Assembly (NCBI GenBank): GCA_018985225.1
Contig: JADGIF010000146.1
Location: 1 to 17,471, forward strand
Length of the DNA stretch: 17,471 nt
Direction of reading: 5' to 3'
Origin: Amoeboradix gromovi X-113
Lineage: Eukaryota; Fungi; Sanchytriomycota
In this document: in pieces, positions 9,587 through 17,248 of the stretch
How positions within the stretch are numbered: position 1 is the stretch's first letter
How the letters are laid out: each line of letters opens with the position of its first letter
Made by a program: the position numbers and the translations under genes
The notes under the pieces: model-generated
Databases searched by the model: none
What the model saw: only the letters and a program-made list of their open reading frames with translations
Told to the model about the DNA's origin: nothing

Positions 9587-11062
9587 TTATAGCTGCATAT
9601 CCTTAAACATCACGTTCAGACTAGTTGAATCCTTTCTTTTTTGATTCTTTATAAAGGGAATAAAATCATCTAATTGGTAATTCTTTATGTTTTTTGCAAT
9701 AACCACATCAGTCACAAATGATTTTATTAACCCTTGAAGTTGTGCTCCACTAAAGCCATCACATCTGCTACTTATCTCTATTATCATATCCGTTGATATA
9801 TTTGCATTGTAATGATTGGAATAAAACTTCAATATTTGTAGCCTGGTTCGCGCATCGGGTAATCCCACATACAACAACTTTTCCATTCTGCCTGGCCTTA
9901 GTAAGGCAGAATCAATTTGATCAGGCCTATTTGTAGCCCCTATCAATAGAACATTAGTACATGATTCTATTCCATCTAATTCTGTTAAAAAAGTGATTAC
10001 GATCTTCTCTTGAAATGATTCACCATGTCCTCGCTTGCCAACCAGAGCTTCAATCTCATCAAAAAATAGGATAGAAGGCCCAGCTAATCTCGCTCGGTTA
10101 AATAAAGACCGTAATTTACGTTCTGCCTCACCCGTATAAGGGCTGACAATCTGAGCGCATGATGCGACAAAAAATCTCGATTTTAGTTTATAGGCAATAT
10201 ATTTAGCAAATTGAGTCTTGGAACACCCTGGTGGTCCATAAAGTAGCAATCCTTTGATAGGATGCATATTGAACTTGGAATATTTTTCTGGATTGTGGTA
10301 CGGCTGAATTACGTACTTTTCTATTTTATCTTTGATGAGTTGATAGCCGATGATATTTGGTAAATCATTTACTTCCACATAGAACTCAATTGCGTTTCTT
10401 AACAAGGATGGCTTAAAATGCATTAATATTTCGCTAAAATCTTGAAATTTTTTAATTAATCTGCATAAGTCTAGCAAGTCAGCAAAAACGCATCCGCCAG
10501 TATATGGCAATAATTTATGGATCAAATCATGTGGGGTGTTATTAACTTTTAAAAATTCTACTCTCTGAGTCTTTGAGAGTGGTTCCATGTGAATTTCTAG
10601 ATCAAACCTGCCGTATCTGGATAGCTGAGGATTTAGCAAGGTTGACAAGTTAGTGGCCCCGATTATAAACATGTTCGAAGGTTGCTCGTCGATAATGTTA
10701 ATCAACGTATTCAAGACATACCCATCCATAGAATCTATTTCATCAATGAGCACCACAATGTTTCTGAATTCAGCATGCGGAATATTTGATATACGGGATT
10801 CCACAGATTTTATCTGATTTCCGTATATAGCATCTCTTAAGTTGCTTTCAGGCTGACCACCATAACTACTGGCAATGGTTTCTTGAGATACGTACCGCAG
10901 TTCGTACCTCATTTGTTTGCATAAATAAACTACAGAGCTAGTTTTTCCAGAGCCAGGAATGCCGAATAGCAGAATGTTCTTAAGACTCTTATCTGGGTTT
11001 TTAAAGTAAGCCGTAACGACCGATTTAATTTTGTCATAATTAGAGGATTCAAAATATGACAT
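9587..11062 (-). CDS. Double-ring AAA+ ATPase of the AFG2/SPATA5(-L1) family, lacking the N-domain (491 aa)
   Basis: D1 has Walker A GIPGSGKT and Walker B LIDEID. D2 has Walker A GPPGCSKT (AFG2/SPATA5 type), Walker B FFDEIE and SRH ATNRPDQIDSALLRPGR. Confidence 0.85.
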   Translation of the reverse strand: MSYFESSNYDKIKSVVTAYFKNPDKSLKNILLFGIPGSGKTSSVVYLCKQMRYELRYVSQETIASSYGGQPESNLRDAIYGNQIKSVESRISNIPHAEFRNIVVLIDEIDSMDGYVLNTLINIIDEQPSNMFIIGATNLSTLLNPQLSRYGRFDLEIHMEPLSKTQRVEFLKVNNTPHDLIHKLLPYTGGCVFADLLDLCRLIKKFQDFSEILMHFKPSLLRNAIEFYVEVNDLPNIIGYQLIKDKIEKYVIQPYHNPEKYSKFNMHPIKGLLLYGPPGCSKTQFAKYIAYKLKSRFFVASCAQIVSPYTGEAERKLRSLFNRARLAGPSILFFDEIEALVGKRGHGESFQEKIVITFLTELDGIESCTNVLLIGATNRPDQIDSALLRPGRMEKLLYVGLPDARTRLQILKFYSNHYNANISTDMIIEISSRCDGFSGAQLQGLIKSFVTDVVIAKNIKNYQLDDFIPFIKNQKRKDSTSLNVMFKDMQL

Positions 11063-11080
11063 TGAAAAAGGAGAATCCTG

Positions 11081-11503
11081 ATGCAGCTTTATGACGGAAA
11101 TAAACCTATCACCACTTTAGTTGTAGGCATAGAGAAAAACCAAATCAAGGTTATAGAACATCTTAAAACCTATGCTAAGCTGAGAAGGATAAAAAGAGTT
11201 ATCCTGTTTATAATGACAAACAAACCAGTAAAAAAAGAGACCGTCGAGTCGCCTTTCGAATGGTACAACCCCAGAGAATATATTTCATATTATAACCCAA
11301 AAGATTACAGATTAGAAAGCATATTATGCATATTCAAATGTGAACTAGTTTTTACTTTTTCCAAGACCTTCCATTTGTTAAACGCACCATGGTTTGCCCT
11401 TGCGCAATCCGAAATCATACATTGCAGCTACAAAAACGTTAAAAAAAGTATTATTAAAGGAGATGAGAAATATCAAAAATCTGAACAACGGCTGGGAAAA
11501 TAA
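11081..11503 (+). CDS. NUS1: Miniature Nus1/NgBR-like subunit of cis-prenyltransferase (140 aa)
   Basis: The C-terminus ELVFTF..PW..LAQSEI...YQKSEQRLGK matches the NgBR/Nus1 tail (DLVLKF..PW.IRLTEI..YxxxEQRLGK) with the terminal RxG motif. The start codon is uncertain. Confidence 0.72.
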   Translation: MQLYDGNKPITTLVVGIEKNQIKVIEHLKTYAKLRRIKRVILFIMTNKPVKKETVESPFEWYNPREYISYYNPKDYRLESILCIFKCELVFTFSKTFHLLNAPWFALAQSEIIHCSYKNVKKSIIKGDEKYQKSEQRLGK

Positions 11504-11615
11504 ATAGTTGGATTGTCCTTCTGATTCTTTTGCTATATACTTGCGATCTATATTGCTCTAAACATTACCATTTGTGTATTCTCGTATACAACTAGGCCAA
11601 TTAGTTTCATCAAAC

Positions 11616-13101
11616 ATGACTCTCGATATTGGACTGATAGTTACCGTTCCTTTTCTGTGTGTTCTGATAATAATAGCGTCCCTATATTTCCTGGTCTATT
11701 TTATCTCTCCAGAAGACAAGTGGACTGCGTGGGCTCCTAAAATACTATTCATTTTTTGTTTGTCATTGGCATGTTTTAACGTTTTGATGCTTCCTTTGGA
11801 CGTAGCTAATCAAACAATGGATGAAGATAACAATGGCGGATTGCCTTTAAGACAAATCGCGATTATATGCTTCTTAACCTCAGTAAGTATAGTTTATACT
11901 GTTATACCATTTTGCGTATTTTGGTACGAAGGAATAGATGATGGAAGTGGAAGCAGTCAGCTAGGGCATGCCATGAAATGGACGCTACCTACTGTGATTG
12001 TTATTATACTGATATTTGTATCAGCCTGGTTATGGGGAAGAAATACACCAGTCGATATGAACATGCTAATCTCGCCAATGGTGCCTACTACTTCTTTCCT
12101 AGATATACAGCCCGGTTGCACGCAGGCGACCTGCTTAAAGTACATCTACACTGATAATAAGCCAATTGGATTTATAATTTATGTTATGGGGATTTCAAGT
12201 ATCTTCGCTTGGATAATTATGGCTTGTTTTGGAGGTGTCGGATTAGCAAGTCTACCGATCGATTTAATTGTTGCTTATGTAGACAGACCTAAGCCGATAA
12301 CTCTAGACGTGTATTCCAAAAACAAAATAGAAATGGGAGAAGAATCAAAAAGGCTAATAAGCACCGCAGAGTCACTTCAAGAAAGACAAAAAAAAGACAT
12401 GACGCAAAAAGTCAGAAGAAAATTAAAGCTGGAAGAAGCATCATTTAGAAGAGAAGTTATGGTTTTAGAAAAGAGATACAACCGTAACGAGGATTCTTAT
12501 CGTAAATTCGGAGGAAATGCCTTATTGCAGTATGTTAGGTTCATGGTTGGTTGCATCGGATCTGTGCTCTCGTTTTTATGGGTGCTGCATTGTTGTTTTT
12601 ACTTGCTACCAAATTATTGGGGGTTTGCACCATTATCTGCATTTCTAAATGATTTCTTATCCTCTCTTAACGAAGCAGACGTGCCTTTTCTAGGAACCTT
12701 TGTCTATGGCTTGTTTTCTTTTTGGATTCTAATGTGCGTTATAAAAGGCAACTCAAAAATGGGTATGAGAATATTGTTTGTAGCAGTCCACCCGTTAAAG
12801 TAGTCGCAACTAACGTAGAATAGGGGCCACTTATATGAATTCGCTAATCTTCAATGTTGGAATAATCTTATTAACTTCTATCGGAGTTGTTCAATTCTGT
12901 ACTAAGGCATTCGACCTTTATGCTGGCGATACAGCTATCTTGAACATATTTGGAGCTCAAATCGAGCAAATTGAAGGCATAAAATATGTTTACTCCGTTT
13001 TTATAGTTATTTTCCTGGGATTCTTTTGTTTTGGATTCTTATGGTCGACAATGTTTAAAAATGCAGAACTAAAAAAGATGCAGGAAGACATGGAAAAATA
13101 A
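11616..13101 (+). CDS. LMBR1/LIMR-family multi-pass membrane protein, join(11616..12799,12819..13101), 488 aa
   Basis: Motifs VLMLPLDVAN, IPF..FWYE and GGVGLASLPIDLI...RPKPI. Splicing restores HPLKIGATYMNSLIFNV, matching the family pattern HPMK.G.T.MNS.LFNV. First ATG at 11616. Confidence 0.92.
12800..12818 (+). other. 19-nt spliceosomal intron GTAGTCGCAACTAACGTAG (phase 2)
   Basis: GT..AG ends with a canonical CTAAC branch site. Excision joins ORFs 11574..12803 and 12835..13101 in frame (AA|A ATA GGG GCC ACT TAT ATG). Confidence 0.92.
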
Positions 13102-13225
13102 ATCATAATAACACTTAAGTATTTGCAGTTTAACTGCTTCATCTAAATACATTTTATTAAGATGTGACACATTTTTTAGCTGGCTCAATGGGTTTAGTGC
13201 TTGATAACATTTTCCCCTAAGTCTT

Positions 13226-13381
13226 ATGACAAAAGTGAACTCCACGAAATTTGAAAAATCTATCACTAAGAATAGCAAAAATCGAGGTACCTGGACTGCA
13301 TGGACCTTGACAATTATCTTGATAGTTTTAATCCTACTAGTTATATTTGTGCTCGTGAGAATAAAACTAAGTAGCATTTAG
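13226..13381 (+). CDS. Putative 51-aa tail-anchored membrane microprotein (MTKVNSTKFEKSITKNSKNRGTWTAWTLTIILIVLILLVIFVLVRIKLSSI)
   Basis: Hand-translated ATG..TAG ORF absent from the track. It has a basic N-terminus and one ~20-aa hydrophobic helix, and fills the gap between LMBR1 and DRE2 in the same orientation. Confidence 0.5.
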   Translation: MTKVNSTKFEKSITKNSKNRGTWTAWTLTIILIVLILLVIFVLVRIKLSSI

Positions 13382-13432
13382 AACGTAATCATATTTCAAT
13401 AAAAGAATTTTGTTAAATTATCCTTGAAACTG

Positions 13433-14002
13433 ATGTCGATCTTGATTGCCAACTTTAATCAGCATTCAGAAATCCCAAAGTATCAAAAAGAGTATCATTG
13501 TGACGTTGAAATGATAGAGCGAATCGACGAAATAAATTTGAAGACCTATTCGAATTGCATTATTATCTGTAAGGTCACGTTGGATCAACTATACTTCATT
13601 TTTACACACATTGAGAAGGGAGGAAAACTGCATTACATTGAAGAAGACGCATTGCTGTTAACTGGATGCATAGATGTGGAAAGAAATGGAGAACTGTTTG
13701 TAGGCATGATTCCAGAATATGACCTGGATATGGAAGATCAACTGCTGACTGAGGATGATAAAAAGAAACCTGTTTATAAATCAGAGCCTAAAAGACAACC
13801 CTGTGCAAACTGCAATTGTGGCCTAAAAGAAGAATTAGAGAAAGTAACTGTCGACACTAAAGAGATAAAGAAAAGTAGCTGCGGAAGCTGCTACCTGGGG
13901 GATGCATTTAGATGTGCCTCATGCCCTTATCTTGGAATGCCAGCTTTTAAACCTGGACAAAAGGTTGAGCTCTCAGGAATGTTTGCTGAAGATGACATTT
14001 AA
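13433..14002 (+). CDS. DRE2: Fe-S cluster assembly protein Dre2/anamorsin (189 aa)
   Basis: [17 protein letters not shown] and the diagnostic [29 protein letters not shown]. First ATG at 13433. Confidence 0.93.
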   Translation: MSILIANFNQHSEIPKYQKEYHCDVEMIERIDEINLKTYSNCIIICKVTLDQLYFIFTHIEKGGKLHYIEEDALLLTGCIDVERNGELFVGMIPEYDLDMEDQLLTEDDKKKPVYKSEPKRQPCANCNCGLKEELEKVTVDTKEIKKSSCGSCYLGDAFRCASCPYLGMPAFKPGQKVELSGMFAEDDI

Positions 14003-14161
14003 TTTGCCTCTTCTTTTTATTTAATAAACAGATTTATCTCTGTATCATGAATATTTCGATATCTTAAGTGGAACCGTCACGTTTGGTTTAGTTTGATTGG
14101 CTAAAAATGATTGGATAGAGGTCAAATTTAGCGATGTTTGTTACTTTTTCAAACTGCGACT

Positions 14162-15112
14162 ATGCAAGAACAAAAACCAACCGAAAGACGCCAGGACATG
14201 CTGAGACAAAGAATGGTCTCTATAAATCTTGATAAGACTTTAACACCTCAAGAAAAAGCTAAACAGATGCAACAACTAATGATGCCAGTGCAAATTAATA
14301 AAATCAACAAGGTTGAAACAGAATGTGAGTTCAAAATCAATGGCACTCATGGATGCCAACATTATCAACGCAGTGCTGTAATAATATCTAACTGCTGCAA
14401 CGATTTGGTAGTGTGTCGATTATGTCATGATGAAAAACATTCTCATGAAATAAATCGGTTCGAAATCGACCAGATAATGTGCATGTATTGCAAAACTAAG
14501 CAAAAACCATCAAAAAGCTGCAGTAATTGCAAACAGGTCCTCGGTAGCTATTATTGTAATATATGCCACTTTTGGGATAATGATGATTCTAAAGACAAAT
14601 TCCACTGCAATGACTGCGGCTTGTGCAGATCAGGTAAGCAAAAAGACTTTTACCATTGCGAGGTTTGCGACACTTGCATGAATATCAATTTAATAGGAAA
14701 ACATCCCTGCTTGGAGAAGTCGAGTCACTCTGATTGTCCAATTTGCAATGAGTTACTCTTCACGTCTGTTAGACCACTAACTCTAATGAAATGCGGGCAT
14801 GCCATACATCTTCATTGTCTGGAGTCTTATTTAGAGAACAATTACCAATGCCCTTATTGTATGAGCTCTGTTGCAGATATGTCAGATTTCTTTGAAAAAA
14901 TGGATGAAATGGTGAAAGAGCATGAAATGCCAGAGGAGTATAAGCACTTCAGAGCTGACATACTTTGTAATGACTGCCATGCGACGAAAGAAATGCCGTA
15001 TCACTTTGTCGGGCATAAGTGCGATAAGTGTAATTCATGGAATACTCGTGTTACTAGGACTTGGAAGGCTGAATACTCCGAGTTAGATCAAACTGACGAG
15101 CTTGTGGATTAA
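14162..15112 (+). CDS. CHY zinc finger / RING-H2 E3 ubiquitin ligase, Pirh2/RCHY1-like (316 aa)
   Basis: GCQHYQR..CC....CRLCHD (CHY), a CTCHY region, RING CPICNE..CGHAIHLHC..CPYC and the C-terminal zinc ribbon ILCNDC..YHFVGHKCDKCNSWNT. First ATG at 14162. Confidence 0.93.
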   Translation: MQEQKPTERRQDMLRQRMVSINLDKTLTPQEKAKQMQQLMMPVQINKINKVETECEFKINGTHGCQHYQRSAVIISNCCNDLVVCRLCHDEKHSHEINRFEIDQIMCMYCKTKQKPSKSCSNCKQVLGSYYCNICHFWDNDDSKDKFHCNDCGLCRSGKQKDFYHCEVCDTCMNINLIGKHPCLEKSSHSDCPICNELLFTSVRPLTLMKCGHAIHLHCLESYLENNYQCPYCMSSVADMSDFFEKMDEMVKEHEMPEEYKHFRADILCNDCHATKEMPYHFVGHKCDKCNSWNTRVTRTWKAEYSELDQTDELVD

Positions 15113-15519
15113 ATAAAATAATTATGTTACCTTATTAGTGTTTAATTAGTGTAATTACTGCATTGGTACCCCAGTAAAACCTAGCAGACTAATTCTTACA
15201 GAGGTCCAACGTAGTTGATTATTCATAGGAAAACCGCTTCTCAATGTTTTAATTTTTGAGAGTAATCTCAAGCGTCTTAATATATTTTTCGACACTAACA
15301 CATTAAATGATTAGTTTATTATGTCTGCTCTTCTGAAGCAAAAGAAATTTGTAACATAGTCATGAATGGCGTAGCCATCCACATTGGATAGTTCAGTGAT
15401 TCTTTTAAGTAATGAGGATATATTTCTTCAAGATTTTGTAACAAAAACTGTTTGGAAGCCGAGCGTAACAATAAACGAAATTAAATGTATTCGGCTTCCT
15501 TCAGAAAACCCTAGTGTTA

Positions 15520-15780
15520 CTCTTGTCGACTAAAAAGTCAAAACCACTCTCCGTAACATTAGTCCTTAAAGGACTGCAAATTGCGTAATGAAGAATATTT
15601 GGGACATGCTCAGCAAAACTAGACTAAACAATTGGGACATCAAATATAAAAATTAGACTAACTTTCTGAAATAATATGAATCATTATATCAAGTGTGTTA
15701 ACCGATATTATGTGCAGCAATTCCTTAACTCTTTCATCCATTGGCTTAAAAATAATGATTCTAAATAAAATATCGCTACA
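15520..15780 (+). mobile_element. Second, more decayed fragment of the same non-LTR element (may extend upstream to ~15270)
   Basis: TGGGACATCAAATATAAAAATTAGACTAACTTTCTGAA at 15633 matches 5477. ACTCTTTCATCCA and AAATAAAATATC also match ~5588-5623. GTCGACTA lies at a similar spacing upstream in both copies. Confidence 0.7.
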
Positions 15781-16139
15781 CCACGTTAAAAGTCCTGATT
15801 TCCGAGAAAATCGAGAATTTCCACAGAGAATTAGTTTTTCCACTACAGTGATTGCTTACTCTTGCACTCCCCTAAGGCGAGATTGAGTAAGGATGCAGAT
15901 ACTCGATGTGTATGTCCTTGCTGCCATATGGTCTCTGTCTATCTTCATATGACACTTTGTACAAGTGTAGCCCTCCAAGTTGGTTTTTTAGAGTACCACA
16001 CCTCGTACATGGCATCGAATTTGTTCCTTGGTGCCATGTGGTCCATATCCACTTCCAAATGACACTATGTACATGAATAGCTCTCCAAATTGGTTTCTTT
16101 AGAGTGCCACATACTGTACATGGCATGGAATTTCCATGC
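15781..16139 (-). pseudogene. Fanzor/TnpB-like nuclease relic: tandemly duplicated zinc ribbon plus RuvC-III, followed by a structured 3' non-coding tail
   Basis: Across frameshifts the minus strand reads SMPCTVCGTLK/NLESYSCT*CHLEVDMDHMAPRN, then SMPCTRCGTLKNQLGG/YTCTKCHMKIDRDHMAAR/IHIEYL. This fits the TnpB/Fanzor C-terminal signature TSxxCxxCG..LGG..(F/Y)xCxxC...DRDxNAARNI. Confidence 0.78.
15913..16133. repeat. Diverged tandem duplication, 2 units of ~110-111 bp
   Basis: TCCTTG at 15915/16025, GACACT at 15951/16061, and GTACATGGCAT.GAATTT in both units. A 1-bp indel lies in the T-run. Confidence 0.9.
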
Positions 16140-16149
16140 TTGGACCAGT

Positions 16150-16566
16150 TCCTCAACGCTGATGAATGTATGCTGCACCTGCTAGTTATTTCTTTAGAAT
16201 TGATTTACCACTTGCGAAAAGGAAGAAATCGAGTGTTCAAGCTATTAGAAAAACATCAAGTATTTAAAGTGTAGGAAAATCTAGAAAAGGTCATGCCATT
16301 ATTAAAAAATACATACAAATTCTTGATAGATAATTTATTCTACAAACTTCGATGGGCTGTTAAGATAATAGCCACATAATGCAAGGGACTGTCTTGCATT
16401 ATATATTGCTGTGGAGTCCTATATGCATCCTTATCTTATTAACCTCAGTGTAGTGGAAGTATAAGCAACCATTTTAATGATGAAACTCGATTTGTCCGTT
16501 TCTTTGTGGAAATTCTTGGATTTCTAAGAGAGGAAAGTTTGAGCGAATTCATCCAAGACAATACGG
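16150..16566 (+). mobile_element. Second, inverted and heavily decayed copy of the Fanzor-like element 3' region; boundaries approximate
   Basis: Three exact collinear blocks are shared with the minus-strand copy: TGCATCCTTA (16424 vs 15897-15888), TGTAGTGGAA (16449 vs 15847-15838) and TGTGGAAATTCT (16505 vs 15825-15814). The upstream frame reads IDLP...GHAIIKKY...TSMGC. Confidence 0.6.
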
Positions 16567-16622
16567 CTTATTGCTATGAAGTTCTCAGTATATGTATTTC
16601 AAAGTTTATTTATTCAAAAATA

Positions 16623-17165
16623 TCAAGAGTCCTTTGCAAGCCATTTCTTGTATGCAAACATTCTATGAATAATGAGTCCATACACTAATGTAGCTAAAAC
16701 CAAACCCACTATACCTATTGTGATTGAAGTAGTCAATATTGTTTTTTTTGCAATTTCAGTGGTAGCACCAACCTGATCTTTTTGACTCTTCGTTAGTCCA
16801 GCGGTCGAACTCTCCGGAATCGAAATGTCATTCACCTGGTTGTTAAGCATCACCAGTGATACTATTCCCAGAGCCAGAGAAAGGATATAAGAACCTGCAT
16901 AAAACCAAATTGCCATTTTGGCATTTTTAACACTTGGTTTTGCAATACTCAAAAATCCTACAAACCCACAAGCTAGAAACACTATTCCTTGGATAACAGT
17001 AAGAATGTCGTAGCTTTGAGTATAGCTAACTATATTGGCAATCCCCATAATCAAAAGTAAGGCGTAGAGTAGACCAAGACCTAAACGGACCCCGCAACAA
17101 CAACATTTGGGTTCCTTTAATCCTCCGCGGCGAGTAGAGATGGATTCTTCATAATCAGTTGACAT
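16623..17165 (-). CDS. Small four-TM membrane protein (180 aa) with a Cys cluster before TM1 (LAPTM-like layout)
   Basis: Four hydrophobic segments with KCCCCGVRLG preceding TM1. First ATG at 17165 (the track start is a TTG). Family assignment is weak. Confidence 0.75.
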   Translation of the reverse strand: MSTDYEESISTRRGGLKEPKCCCCGVRLGLGLLYALLLIMGIANIVSYTQSYDILTVIQGIVFLACGFVGFLSIAKPSVKNAKMAIWFYAGSYILSLALGIVSLVMLNNQVNDISIPESSTAGLTKSQKDQVGATTEIAKKTILTTSITIGIVGLVLATLVYGLIIHRMFAYKKWLAKDS

Positions 17166-17248
17166 TGACAATCTGGGTCAAGTTCAGTTTAAATATTCAC
17201 GAAAATCATTTATATGCTTGCTCAATTTAGAAATTGAAAACAAGCATT

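Noticed and set aside
4297-12803. Stop-codon readthrough, an alternative genetic code or pseudogenisation as the cause of the split GT32, prominin and LMBR1 ORFs
   Set aside because: The downstream halves are in a different frame, so readthrough cannot join them. A GT-AG 19-mer fixes each case exactly, and TAA, TAG and TGA all serve as normal stops in this window.
13069-13377. Minus-strand 102-aa ORF
   Set aside because: Overlaps the LMBR1 3' end and has no recognisable features; the plus-strand 51-aa TM ORF is the better explanation.
15823-15834. ACAGAGAATTAG resembling the U6 snRNA ACAGAGA box
   Set aside because: Lacks the following AGC triad/ISL and the rest of U6, and lies within the Fanzor-like 3' region.
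15913-16133. Tandem repeat considered as a CRISPR-like array
   Set aside because: Two diverged ~110-bp coding-derived units without a repeat-spacer structure.
15658-16688. Short ORFs 15658..15843, 15695..15886, 15862..16062, 15872..16156 and 16506..16688 as real genes
   Set aside because: They lie in LINE/Fanzor debris. 15872..16156 is a frameshifted chimera that is only partly in the nuclease frame.
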